Source of the DNA: Gemmatimonadota bacterium | Lineage (GTDB): Bacteria > Latescibacterota > UBA2968 > UBA8231 | DNA length: 64,000 nt | Direction: 5' to 3' | Assembly (NCBI GenBank): GCA_018660835.1 | Contig: JABJJN010000054.1 | Location: 36,877 to 100,876 of the forward strand | Part shown: positions 38,107 through 47,693 of the stretch, piece after piece | How positions within the stretch are numbered: the first letter of the stretch is position 1 | Layout: each line of letters opens with the position of its first letter | Translations under genes and position numbers: made by a program | Notes under the pieces: generated by a model | Told to the model about the DNA's origin: nothing | Databases searched by the model: none | The model's input: the letters and a program-made list of their open reading frames with translations, nothing else

Positions 38107-40059
38107 TCATAGGAACAGCGCCAGGGGACCGGCTCGATCCTGCCCCTGCATCCAGTGACGTCCTGTCTCCAGGTGATAGACAGCGCCCTCCTCGACACCT
38201 CGCGTCATCCCCTCGCCGCTTCGGACAAGACGCAGGTGCCTACCCGAGCCCGACGTCAGCGCGATTTCACCGTCGTCGGTGTGCAGATTCTGCCAGTTCG
38301 CTTCCGAGAACAGGAGTGTGTTGAGGACCCCTGCCACATGAAACAGCGGGTGCGGGTTGCCGAGACGATCCAGCAGGCCGGATCGCAGATCGTTGGTGCG
38401 ATCCAGATCGACGTACGGGTCGAGGAACAACCGCAGGGACTCGCGCACGGCGAGGGCCGCAAGGGCTCGGGTAAGTTGCCATGCGCGGTCATCCTCTTCA
38501 AGGTCGTCGAGGTTGTAGACCACATCGAATCCGTCGATCGCATGTAGTTCAGGCAGGTCGCACATGGCCGTCCAGGGGTCGGCACCTTCCAGGACACATA
38601 GGGCCCGTTGCAGCAAAACACCGCCCTCCGTTAGCGTCGCATCAAGCGCGACCAATTCTTCCATGCGGAATCCCAGACGACCCCGTGGGTGATACCGACC
38701 AGGTATGCGCTCGTGCGGCAGCAGGGGAGCCAGGGACAGGCCGACATCGCAGTTGGCACGAAGGGCCCGCAGCGCTTCGAGGATGGCTGCGTCAGGCAGA
38801 TCGCGCCCAGGCATCTGCAACTCGAGGATGTCAGGCTGCAGGTGAGCTGCATCGACTCGCGCCGGTAGATCCATCTCCGGAGTCCAGACGAAGTGGGCTG
38901 TCAATTCGACACCCTCGTCCTTTAATACACGCAGACGCTCGGACTGCAGCGAATCAGAGAGATCCGACTCGGGAACACGTACGTGACGCGCACCCATCTC
39001 GATGGCGCACAGCAGTGGGTGGTCATCGCGGACGCGCTGTCGCTTCACGCTCGGCCAGGCGAGGGCGCCGGCCGCTTCGGTGGCGATGGGCAGACGCAGA
39101 TCCAGCCCCATCCGGGACTCCGGCAGATCCGGACTTGAGCGCATCAGTAGACGAGGCGGCTGTTCCTCGTGCGAGTCCGTCGCCCCCGCCGTACGGATGA
39201 AGTAGGGCCGCACGCCATCCATCATCACGCGCACCAGGTAGAAACCGAGCTTGTCGGGATCATTGCGGCCCTGCTCGGGCGGTGGTGCGACAGTGAAAGC
39301 TTCGTAGAAACCGGCGCGTGACGTCGTCGTCGAAGGACACACGTGGATTCGCGTTGCCCCTGCCCGATTCAGTGCACGAAAGTGCGTGTGGCCACAGAAT
39401 ACTGCTTCAATGTGATGCTGTCGCATCAAAGCGGTGAGCCAGGAGCGGGCGGGCTCGTCGATGCTGTTGTAGAAGCCGGTGTGCGGCTCGTCTTCGGCGA
39501 CGAAGAAGGGCGGCATGTGCAGGAACAGCAGAATCCGTTCACTGTCGTGGGTCGCCAGATCGGTCTCGAGCCAGCGCATCTGCTCTTCGGCAGCGGGCAA
39601 CGTGCTGTTGAGGATCTGGGAATTCACGATGACGAAATGACACGGCCCGCGATCGAAACTGTGCCAGCTCGGCCCGAAGCGTTGGTAATACCATTCGAGG
39701 GAGTCTTCGGTCACGGGAGGCTGGAACATCGTGGGATCCGGTTTGTCACCGATGTCCATATTGCCCGCCGCAAAGATCGGCTCAAGACCCAGGGCCCCGA
39801 TCCGTTCCATCGCCGCCTCGCGCGAGGAGGCGTGGTGAGCGTGAATCGGCGGCTCTTCCGAAAGATCACCCAGATGGATTAGCAGTTCGGCCTGCAGCCT
39901 CGCGGCGCACTCAAAGGCCCACGCCGCGCGTGCCGGCCACTGGCGCACGGAGTCGAACTCGATGGCATACGCCTCTGCGTCGAGGATGAAATGCGTGTCG
40001 CTGATGACGACGAACTCAAACAGCGCAGGAGGAAGCAAGGCTCGGTCGATGTCCATCAC
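38107..40059 (-). CDS. Calcineurin-like metallophosphoesterase fused to a ~320-aa C-terminal domain of unrecognised fold
   Basis: MPE motifs are present: VVISDTHF, HLGDLSE, AAGNMDIGD (Met where the canonical GNHD/E has His), LFLHMPPF and FCGHTHF. The C-terminal half has an alternating beta/alpha-like pattern and could be TIM-barrel-like. Confidence 0.7.
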   Translation of the reverse strand: MMDIDRALLPPALFEFVVISDTHFILDAEAYAIEFDSVRQWPARAAWAFECAARLQAELLIHLGDLSEEPPIHAHHASSREAAMERIGALGLEPIFAAGNMDIGDKPDPTMFQPPVTEDSLEWYYQRFGPSWHSFDRGPCHFVIVNSQILNSTLPAAEEQMRWLETDLATHDSERILLFLHMPPFFVAEDEPHTGFYNSIDEPARSWLTALMRQHHIEAVFCGHTHFRALNRAGATRIHVCPSTTTSRAGFYEAFTVAPPPEQGRNDPDKLGFYLVRVMMDGVRPYFIRTAGATDSHEEQPPRLLMRSSPDLPESRMGLDLRLPIATEAAGALAWPSVKRQRVRDDHPLLCAIEMGARHVRVPESDLSDSLQSERLRVLKDEGVELTAHFVWTPEMDLPARVDAAHLQPDILELQMPGRDLPDAAILEALRALRANCDVGLSLAPLLPHERIPGRYHPRGRLGFRMEELVALDATLTEGGVLLQRALCVLEGADPWTAMCDLPELHAIDGFDVVYNLDDLEEDDRAWQLTRALAALAVRESLRLFLDPYVDLDRTNDLRSGLLDRLGNPHPLFHVAGVLNTLLFSEANWQNLHTDDGEIALTSGSGRHLRLVRSGEGMTRGVEEGAVYHLETGRHWMQGQDRAGPLALFL

Positions 40060-40071
40060 TGACTGAATTCC

Positions 40072-41931
40072 CTACGTCGTCCTGAGGTTGTCGACGGCGA
40101 ACCGCAGGTAACGATTCGTCGGTTCGCTGGCACAATCTACCTCGTATGTCATCGCCTTCGAGAGAAGCTGCTCCTCTTCCTGCAGCTTGCCCTCGATCTC
40201 GAAACCATGGGTGACGTGGATCGGTGACGTCGCCGCTGATTCCAGGCAGTGAGCGTAGATCCAGATCTGGTTGAGTCCGGGATCACCGATGTACTTCAGA
40301 TAGACCGTCGCCATCGGCGCATCGAGGATGGCCTCACCATCCATCCCGGTGTGCCAGAAATCAACCCACTCGGGTACTGTGGCGTGGCAGATCTCCTGCC
40401 ACGGACCATCCGGTCCATCGACACTGTAGTGGACGGCATTGCGATTGGTTGCTGCCTCATGGCCCAAGTGCGTGTGGAAGTAACCACCGGCCGTCAGCCA
40501 TTGGATGCGGGTCCCCGGTTCTGCATCGACGCGCAGGACCACCTCACCGCGAATCTTGGCCTCTTCTCGCAGTGGCTGGTAGTCGCCGTGCAGGCTCACC
40601 AGATACCGTTCCAGTTTGGCCGGATCTCGCAGGTTGAGACGGATTTCCTTCACCGTCGTGTGATAGCCGTGGCGATCGCCTGTCTCATAGCGGAACGTGT
40701 TGTTCCCCTTCGTCAGGCGAGGCAGAGAGGGTGGCGACAGTTGCGTCCACGTCGTGAGGCTGAATTCATCCAGGCCACTGCCGGCAGGCAGATCGAACCT
40801 CACCAGATAGTCATAGTGGTCAACGACCTGGGGTGTCAGGTCGATCGTCGTGACATCCTTCCCCGTGGTGCCGCCGACGGTCTGCCACGTGAAGCCATCG
40901 TCGACGGAGACACAAACCGTCGTCGGGCCGAGCGATTGATACGTGAGGATCGCCGCGCCATGGATCTTCGATGGTGGTCCGATCTGGTCAACCTCACCAA
41001 CGATGATGTAGGGTGTGTGCACGGCGAAACTGACGAAGCCGTCCTCCGCCGCTTCCACACCACGCTGGGTAAGGGCGACCCCTTCCATTTCGTGTGCGCC
41101 CTGCTCCAGATCAGCGAAGCCTTCGCGTAATCTCGGCGTGTAGACCCACTCGCCATTCCCATGGGTCCACTTCGACCAACCCGGATGTTTAGATTTCAGA
41201 CCTCGAGGATCCGCTTCGAAGCGGCGACGCAGGAAATCCATGTTGAACCCTCCTGCCGTCGGCCACGGATGGAACCAACGTCCCTGTGGATCCCAATACC
41301 GCGTGAGAGACTCTCCCGGACGCAGGACGAAGTCCATCGTGTGCCCATTCTTGTGCCAGGCGAAGAGCCGTTCCAGTCGGCAACGGGCGAAACTCTCGAA
41401 CATGGCCGGCTTGTCATCGAGTGGATAGAATGGTTCCACAGCGACCGGTGGATCTGTCCACAGGCTGCGCTCGCTGCATGCTTCCTCGAGATTGGCGACG
41501 CTGCCATCGGCCTTGAAGAGCAACCCACGCAAATCGACATCGAAGTAGTGCCATGCGTCATCGTAGAACACCTCGGTGACGCAGTGGTGATTCTCCTTCA
41601 TGCGAATGATGCGTGAGTCGGCGAAGCCGGCATGAGTGAAGACGCCATCGAGGGTCGGACTCAACAGGCCGCAATAACCGTGGCCATGGACATTGAGGAC
41701 TTTGCTGACATCACGCTCGTCGTAGAAAGCGTATTCAGGACCCGGGTCATCGTCTTCGTAGATTCCCTGGACGGGGAACAGACCCGTCTTCCGATCGGTT
41801 ATGTAGCGCCAGATTGCCACGGCCTTCTCGGCAGGTGGCAGGTCGCGCCAGCCTGAGAAATTGGCAAAGCGCCCAACATCGGTGTAATCAGGTTGCAGAT
41901 CAGTTGTTACGCGTGGTGAGAACACGCTCAT
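40072..41931 (-). CDS. Transglutaminase-like (Cys-His-Asp) domain protein
   Basis: HGHGYCGLLSPTLDGVFTHAGFADSRIIRMKENHHCVTEVFYDDAWHYFDVD fits the transglutaminase-core pattern G.C..F......G...R.......H.W.EV......W...D. The remaining roughly 450 aa are unrecognised. Confidence 0.5.
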   Translation of the reverse strand: MSVFSPRVTTDLQPDYTDVGRFANFSGWRDLPPAEKAVAIWRYITDRKTGLFPVQGIYEDDDPGPEYAFYDERDVSKVLNVHGHGYCGLLSPTLDGVFTHAGFADSRIIRMKENHHCVTEVFYDDAWHYFDVDLRGLLFKADGSVANLEEACSERSLWTDPPVAVEPFYPLDDKPAMFESFARCRLERLFAWHKNGHTMDFVLRPGESLTRYWDPQGRWFHPWPTAGGFNMDFLRRRFEADPRGLKSKHPGWSKWTHGNGEWVYTPRLREGFADLEQGAHEMEGVALTQRGVEAAEDGFVSFAVHTPYIIVGEVDQIGPPSKIHGAAILTYQSLGPTTVCVSVDDGFTWQTVGGTTGKDVTTIDLTPQVVDHYDYLVRFDLPAGSGLDEFSLTTWTQLSPPSLPRLTKGNNTFRYETGDRHGYHTTVKEIRLNLRDPAKLERYLVSLHGDYQPLREEAKIRGEVVLRVDAEPGTRIQWLTAGGYFHTHLGHEAATNRNAVHYSVDGPDGPWQEICHATVPEWVDFWHTGMDGEAILDAPMATVYLKYIGDPGLNQIWIYAHCLESAATSPIHVTHGFEIEGKLQEEEQLLSKAMTYEVDCASEPTNRYLRFAVDNLRTT

Positions 41932-42033
41932 CGTTGTCTTCCTCTGCTAAGTCTTGTCAGGTCATGTTATCGACGACAGGCCTCGCTGGAAAGGGAAGGG
42001 CCCTCACGCCCGACGGGCACAAGCGGATTGCCA

Positions 42034-42537
42034 TCAGTCGGCAAGACCCCGGGTGCGTTTTTCCTTGCCGGACAGCCGCAGCACCCACTTCAGGCAGAAG
42101 TGCGCCGGGTCAACGGGTTTGAGGAAGAACATGGGGCAGAGCCCGGGGATGACGGTGCAACCTGCCGATCTCAATCTGTCGATAGCTTCCTCAGTAGCCG
42201 ACCCTGCGCTGAGTGCATCGTGAAGCCACACCAGGGGCGTCCTGGCTTCAACACATTCCTCAACTGCAGCCATCGTCTGATCCGGATCCACATAGATCAG
42301 GACCGCTTCCACGGCTGGTTCGATCTTTGCGAGTGATGTTGAGCGCTGGTTCTCGGGGTCATGCTCAAACTTTGGATTCACCTCGATCACCTCGACACCG
42401 CGTTTGCGGAACTTGCCCACCACCATCTTCCCTGGATCCCCCCTGGTTTCCTCCACCCCCCAGATCGCAATCCGCTGCTTGGCAAGGAATGCGCGCACCA
42501 GTTGTTCGAATGGGTCGACTTCCTCTTTGTCATTCAT
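42034..42537 (-). CDS. CoA-binding domain protein (YccU/YneT-like)
   Basis: QRIAIWGVEETRGDPGKMVVGKFRKRGVEVIEVNPK ... VEAVLIYVDP is the typical CoA_binding_2 layout. Confidence 0.7.
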   Translation of the reverse strand: MNDKEEVDPFEQLVRAFLAKQRIAIWGVEETRGDPGKMVVGKFRKRGVEVIEVNPKFEHDPENQRSTSLAKIEPAVEAVLIYVDPDQTMAAVEECVEARTPLVWLHDALSAGSATEEAIDRLRSAGCTVIPGLCPMFFLKPVDPAHFCLKWVLRLSGKEKRTRGLAD

Positions 42538-42583
42538 CGCTTGCTGCTTCCATGGTGGGGACAGTGGAGGAGCACCGGTTCAT

Positions 42584-42615
42584 ACCGTCAACATACCCGA
42601 GTTTATGCTGACGGT
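42584..42615. promoter_or_regulatory. Strong hairpin / inverted repeat in an intergenic spacer
   Basis: ACCGTCAACATA-cccgagtt-TATGCTGACGGT has 12-nt arms with one mismatch and an 8-nt loop. It lies between the membrane-protein stop (42686) and the CoA-binding gene start (42537). No U-tract follows on either strand. Confidence 0.35.
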
Positions 42616-42685
42616 GCGAGTGCGCTGCATTCGTCTGAACCGGTGTTCCGGCTCGAATATTCCGGGTGGCCCAAACGTGGCAGGC

Positions 42686-43357
42686 TCAGTGGGGCGCTCG
42701 GGGCCGGTCTATGCCGCTCCCGAGCGTCTGCTCACCCCGCGTGATGGCCGCAGCGTGGCCGCGCGCGAGGAAGAGGACGGACGCCAGATACAGGCAAAGC
42801 AGGCCGACGGGATACACGACGACGATCTCGCCCTGAAGCAGCTGCATCGCCTGGGTCACGAAAGCCACCGCACAGCCGACCGATCCGGGAATGAAGACCC
42901 ACGCTTCGCGCCGACCCAGGCGTAGTACAGCATACAAGGGGATCATGGGTAGCCAGCCCGAGAAGAAGATGACGGCGTAGTGGGTGGTAGATGTCATGAC
43001 GGCAAGCAACACGACGGTGACAACGACGCCCAACCAGACCTGTTGTGTCCGAGAACTGGCCAGTGGCCATCCAAACAGGCTCTGGAAATAGCCAGCGATC
43101 AGGAGTGTGGCCAGGATCAGGCCGATGGGAAGAGCCACCATCATCTCCTGAGGCGAGACAGCGTGCCAGAGCATCCCGGCGTTGGCCATCAAGCACAGAA
43201 CGCAGAAAACGAGATCAGCACTCTCCGAAGCAGGCGCATCCCCTGGCCGGTGTCCGCGGACCCGATCTCTTATGCCGAGGAGCCAGATCGTGAAGTGCAG
43301 GACAGCGAGCAGGGCCGAGGCCCCGATCATTGGTGGCAGGATCTGTGATGTCATCAC
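42686..43357 (-). CDS. Hypothetical polytopic membrane protein
   Basis: 223 aa with about seven hydrophobic helices. It starts 30 nt downstream of the histidine kinase stop. No family recognised. Confidence 0.5.
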   Translation of the reverse strand: MMTSQILPPMIGASALLAVLHFTIWLLGIRDRVRGHRPGDAPASESADLVFCVLCLMANAGMLWHAVSPQEMMVALPIGLILATLLIAGYFQSLFGWPLASSRTQQVWLGVVVTVVLLAVMTSTTHYAVIFFSGWLPMIPLYAVLRLGRREAWVFIPGSVGCAVAFVTQAMQLLQGEIVVVYPVGLLCLYLASVLFLARGHAAAITRGEQTLGSGIDRPRAPH

Positions 43358-43387
43358 CGGCTCCTTCGCCTGATGTGGCTGGACTCA

Positions 43388-45505
43388 TCAGTGGATCGGA
43401 CGGATCGGGACTGTCAGTGTAAACACGGTCCCTTTGCCATCCTGGCTCTGTGCCCCAAGCGTCCCACCGTGTTCACGCGCGATATTGAACGAGATGGCCA
43501 GTCCCAACCCGACACCTACGCCCACTCCCTTGGTTGTAAATCCGGGATCGAAGATTCGGCCCAGGTCTTCTTCCGGGATCCCATGTCCCGTATCGGTGAC
43601 CCGCACTCTGACCCACTCGTCATCGCTCACGGTTGTGATCGTGATCGTTCCTTCGCCATCGATCGCTTCGGCCGCGTTGAGCAGCAGATTCATGAATACC
43701 TGGTTCAGCTGCCTCGGGTAGCAGTCGATGGGCGGGATGCTGCCGTACTCCCGAATGATCGTGACGCGACCTTCCACTTCGTGGCGCAGTAGGTCGAGGA
43801 CGCTGTCCAGGCCCTGATGCACGTCGGCGCTCTGGAACTCGGCCTCATCGAGCCGGGCGAAATCCCTGAGGCTGCGGACAACGGACCCGATCCGCCGTCC
43901 ACCCGCCGCGATTAGAGCCACGTTCTGCCGGAGGATTCCGACCGTTTTCCGTAGTGACGTCTCCTGGAGTCGATCACCTGCGCCCTCCCTCTCGGTCTCG
44001 AGTTGCGCCTCCAGTCTGTCCACGCACCGAGCGGCTACGTCCGCCGCGCCGTTGACTGCCCCGACCGGGTTGTTGATCTCGTGGGCGACACCAGCCACCA
44101 ACTGCCCGAGGGATGCCATCTTCCCCGCCTGGACGAGCTGTGACTGCTTCTCCCTCAACTCCTGGGTCCGAGCTTCGACGCGATCCTCGAGTGTGTGGCT
44201 GTACGACTCGAGTTCAGCATTTGCAGACACGAGTCTCTTGCTGGTGCGTGCGAAGTCGCTCGCCAGGAAAACCGACATGCACGCGATGAGGAACAAAACC
44301 GCATAGAACGCGCTGTCGATGATGAACAGATCGAAGGCTGGAGACGGATCTCCGGCCATGGAGGTGATCGCGAAGAATGCGATGACTGTGAGGGGGAGGA
44401 TACCGACCGCCAGGATCCAGCTGCCTTCCACCGGCCGGGTGTCGCTTCGGAGTCGAGAGACGACGATGGTCCGGACGATCTCCGCGAAGAGCAGGAGGAA
44501 GAGAACCAGAACAGGCGTCCGCATGTGGAATGGCTCGAACCAGTGCCAGACCGAGAGGAGCCCCCCCATGCCTGCGAGCGGCAGATACGTCTTCGCGCGT
44601 TTTCCGAGGAAGATGACGTGGACGAGTCCTGTCGCGGCGAGGATCGAAGCGGTCGACGAGGTCATCTCCCAGGCGACGACGCCGGCAATGCCGTAAGGAT
44701 CCGTTGGCGACAGCATTTCGAAGGAGAAGATCCGGCCCCCTGCCGTGCCCAACAGGAACAGCGTGTAGTACATGTTGGCAGGTTGGGCGGGGTAGAAGAC
44801 GAAGAGGAAACAGTGAAGGAAAGCGAAGGCCAGGCACACGCCGATCAGGAAGATGCCGTGCGGACCGGGGAAGGCGGTCCGATACACCCACAGCGCCGGA
44901 TCCGTCTCGGACCCGCCGCCCTCCACCCGGGAGCCCGGGTCCGTCTCGCGCTCTCCGATCCTGAGGTTCAGCAGAGGAGGAGCGCCGTCGGCACGGAAGG
45001 ACAGGCCGTTCAGGGGCGCGTAGCGCAGGGCAATGACGTGACGAGACACCGCGCTGGATGCCGACACGGCCGGTGTGAGCGACGCCGATGGTGTGAGCGA
45101 CACCGATGGTGTGAGCTCCCACGGAATCGGCTCGGTGTTCACACCGTAGACACTTGAGTCTGTCGAGTCACCGATCCGGCCGAAGCGGCGGACGAGTTCG
45201 CCATCGAGATACACCTCGACGGCCCCCGCATATTGGAGAGCAAATGGCACTGGATGGCCCCATCGCGTCGAGTCGATCTCGAGGGAGCACCGGAACCATA
45301 CGACGCCTTCACTGGCCCCCTCAGGATACCGGGAGCGGGAGACAACTGGCCAGTCGCCGCTGTCGAAGGCAGGGCTTGCCCACGTGCGTTCGTCCCCGGT
45401 CTGGTAGGACCAGGTGTCAGACGGACGCAGCCCTTGCTCGGACCGGGTGGGGCTGACCATCGCGAGGATGGTGGCGGCGGCAATGATGAGGGTTGGGGCT
45501 ACCAT
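43388..45505 (-). CDS. Sensor histidine kinase with 7TMR-DISM extracellular and 7-TM modules
   Basis: Signal peptide present. The extracellular part (TWASPAFDSGDWPVV...VVWFRCSLEID) resembles 7TMR-DISMED2. Seven TMs follow. H-box VAGVAHEINNPVGAV, N-box MNLLLNAAEA, G-boxes DTGHGI and GVGVGLGLAIS. No receiver domain and no response regulator nearby. Confidence 0.9.
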   Translation of the reverse strand: MVAPTLIIAAATILAMVSPTRSEQGLRPSDTWSYQTGDERTWASPAFDSGDWPVVSRSRYPEGASEGVVWFRCSLEIDSTRWGHPVPFALQYAGAVEVYLDGELVRRFGRIGDSTDSSVYGVNTEPIPWELTPSVSLTPSASLTPAVSASSAVSRHVIALRYAPLNGLSFRADGAPPLLNLRIGERETDPGSRVEGGGSETDPALWVYRTAFPGPHGIFLIGVCLAFAFLHCFLFVFYPAQPANMYYTLFLLGTAGGRIFSFEMLSPTDPYGIAGVVAWEMTSSTASILAATGLVHVIFLGKRAKTYLPLAGMGGLLSVWHWFEPFHMRTPVLVLFLLLFAEIVRTIVVSRLRSDTRPVEGSWILAVGILPLTVIAFFAITSMAGDPSPAFDLFIIDSAFYAVLFLIACMSVFLASDFARTSKRLVSANAELESYSHTLEDRVEARTQELREKQSQLVQAGKMASLGQLVAGVAHEINNPVGAVNGAADVAARCVDRLEAQLETEREGAGDRLQETSLRKTVGILRQNVALIAAGGRRIGSVVRSLRDFARLDEAEFQSADVHQGLDSVLDLLRHEVEGRVTIIREYGSIPPIDCYPRQLNQVFMNLLLNAAEAIDGEGTITITTVSDDEWVRVRVTDTGHGIPEEDLGRIFDPGFTTKGVGVGVGLGLAISFNIAREHGGTLGAQSQDGKGTVFTLTVPIRPIH
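45072..45116. repeat. 18-nt tandem repeat (about 2.5 copies) inside the histidine kinase sensor domain
   Basis: The units are GGTGTGAGCGACGCCGAT, GGTGTGAGCGACACCGAT and GGTGTGAGC. On the minus strand they encode LTPSVSLTPSASLTPAVS. Confidence 0.8.
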
Positions 45506-45515
45506 ACGACAGCGC

Positions 45516-47693
45516 TCAGGCTGATTCTGCCAGAATCCGATTCACAACCTGTTGTCGATATTCTTTCGACAGAGACCGGAAGTAGGCACTGTATCCGGTG
45601 ACTCGCACGACGAGATCGGGGTGTGCTTCCGGGTCTTCGTGTGCCTCCAGCAACTGCTCCTTCGAGATCACATTCAAGTTGATTAAAGTGCCGCCCAATT
45701 CATTGTGCGCCTTGATCAGGGCGATGACACTGTCGATGCCACCAATCGTGTGAGCCAGCGAACTGTCCAGATCCAATTGCAGGGGAGTTGTATTACCCCA
45801 GCGCGGTTGCACCATGGCCACGGCTGTTGACTTCGCTGTCGGTGCCCCGCCGCCGCCTGGTAGAAAACCGGGGTCGGGATTGGCATTGTGTGAGATGGGG
45901 TCGCCGCTGCGGCGACCATTGGGTGTTGCACTCAGTTTGGCGCCGAAGTGGTTGACTGTACCGTGTGAAAACAGACCCGGAAGAAGACGGAAGCCATTCG
46001 GTGTCGGTGTGCTGCGCACCAGATCGCTGTAGGCCTCACTGATCCGCAGGGCCCAGTAGTCGGCGCGGCTGCCTCCGGTGCCGAAACGTGCAATACTTTT
46101 CATCATCAGGCGTATGTCTTCAGCGTTCTCCCAATCGTTTTCGAGTTGCTCGGCCAATTCCTGCCAGCTCATGCGGCTCTCATGGACGATTCGCTGCTCG
46201 ATGGCGGCGAAGGAGTCCGCTACGGTCGCCGTGCCCAGACCATCTACAGTGAGATTGTAGATGTCGACGCCACCCTCGGCTACGTCGAGCCCCCGTTCCA
46301 CGGTGCCATGCATGAACAGATTCAGCACGATTTCCGCCGTGTAGCGGGAGTGGTGCTCCATGTGCCAATCCTTGCCACGCTTCAATGCGTCAACACCGAC
46401 GGCCAGGTGGTGGAGATAGCGAGTCCAGAGACGATCCATCGTCGGCGCTTCGCCGCTAGATTGCTCGTGCCGGATGACATCGTTGAAGGCGTGCTGGAAT
46501 GGCGCAACCAGGCACTGTCGGGTCACATCCTGGAGACAGTATTCTACCCCTGGCAGGGCCGTCCAGTTGCAGCCGACTTTGGCTCGCATACGAGCCAGCT
46601 GGATCGGGTAGCCATTGCGCGCGAAGCCCTCGTCCAGACCCTTGGCACAGGCGTAGCTGACTCCCGTACCATCGGCGAATAGATTCGTCACGGCCTGATG
46701 CAACAGCGACGGGTCGAGATCGTCATGGACCCTGAGCGCCATGTTGATGGGGATGTGCAACTGGTGCATCGCCTCCAGGACCATGAAGGACACAGGGCAG
46801 GTCAGGTCGTGGCCATCGGTGGCGGGGCCGCCGATCTGTGAGTAGTGGGTGTCATTGAAGAAGAGGCTGGCCAGACACCAGACCGCTTCCTCATCACAGA
46901 GTCGACCCGCCGCCACATCTGCTTCGTAGAAGGGTCGCAGCAACTCATCGATCTGTCCCAGACCCCCACCTGCAGCCCACATGCGATCCACCGACTGGAA
47001 CCAGGCCAGAAACTGGCAGGCCTCGCGGAAGGTGCGAGGTGGTCCTTCCACAAGCCATTCATTCATCTGAGCTATCTGCAGGAGATTCTCGCGTATCTGA
47101 GGATCGGCGGTTTGCGCCGCAAGCTGTCGGGCGTCGTGTGCATGTTGGCCTATCCACACCTGCACTCCCTCTACGAACGCTTCCTCTCCCTCATAGAAGG
47201 CAGGGTCGGTGGGCTGGTTGAGTTTGTGGTAGCGTCGCAACTTGGCCAGCAGACCACCCCAACCCAGATCCAGTCCGATCTGCATATCCGGTCCGATGTG
47301 GTTCATGCCCCCGATACCAGGCATCAGCACATTGTATTTCTCGAAGATCGGCTGCAGGTGGTCGGCGCGTGCTTCCTCGGGCCAGCCACCGACGCCAGGG
47401 ATACCGACCTGCACCCACGCACCGGCCAGAGCACTGTGCGGATGGATATACACGGGATGCACCTGAAGCCAGGCGCGAAAGTGCTCACCGATGGCGCGGA
47501 TGCCATAGGCTTTTCCGTCTGGATGATTAGGCATCGGTGTGAAGGGGATGGGTTCATCCCAGGGTACCCAGCCATGGTCATCGATATCGAGGGTGCCACG
47601 GCGGCGCAATTTCTCGCGCGTGTGCTCTATCTTCGTGCGTCGCAGGGCTTGAATACGTTCCTGGTAGGAGATGGCAGCCATCGTGTCCGTCAT
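45516..47693 (-). CDS. Glycyl-radical enzyme (PFL-like fold), divergent and short, substrate unknown
   Basis: The C-terminal glycyl-radical motif is VVRVTGYSAYFRSLSKEYRQQVVNRI (Gly700, codon 45594-45596). The Cys loop is RMRAKVGCNWTALPGVEY (Cys375, codon 46569-46571). Other GRE landmarks are VADSFAAIE and LSATPNGRRSGDPISHNANP. The start overlaps the activase stop by 4 nt. Confidence 0.9.
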   Translation of the reverse strand: MTDTMAAISYQERIQALRRTKIEHTREKLRRRGTLDIDDHGWVPWDEPIPFTPMPNHPDGKAYGIRAIGEHFRAWLQVHPVYIHPHSALAGAWVQVGIPGVGGWPEEARADHLQPIFEKYNVLMPGIGGMNHIGPDMQIGLDLGWGGLLAKLRRYHKLNQPTDPAFYEGEEAFVEGVQVWIGQHAHDARQLAAQTADPQIRENLLQIAQMNEWLVEGPPRTFREACQFLAWFQSVDRMWAAGGGLGQIDELLRPFYEADVAAGRLCDEEAVWCLASLFFNDTHYSQIGGPATDGHDLTCPVSFMVLEAMHQLHIPINMALRVHDDLDPSLLHQAVTNLFADGTGVSYACAKGLDEGFARNGYPIQLARMRAKVGCNWTALPGVEYCLQDVTRQCLVAPFQHAFNDVIRHEQSSGEAPTMDRLWTRYLHHLAVGVDALKRGKDWHMEHHSRYTAEIVLNLFMHGTVERGLDVAEGGVDIYNLTVDGLGTATVADSFAAIEQRIVHESRMSWQELAEQLENDWENAEDIRLMMKSIARFGTGGSRADYWALRISEAYSDLVRSTPTPNGFRLLPGLFSHGTVNHFGAKLSATPNGRRSGDPISHNANPDPGFLPGGGGAPTAKSTAVAMVQPRWGNTTPLQLDLDSSLAHTIGGIDSVIALIKAHNELGGTLINLNVISKEQLLEAHEDPEAHPDLVVRVTGYSAYFRSLSKEYRQQVVNRILAESA

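Noticed and set aside
45072-45116. CRISPR-like or other repeat array.
   Set aside because: There are only about 2.5 copies of an 18-nt unit with no spacers, lying in frame inside the histidine kinase gene. I noticed no other regularly spaced repeats in the window.
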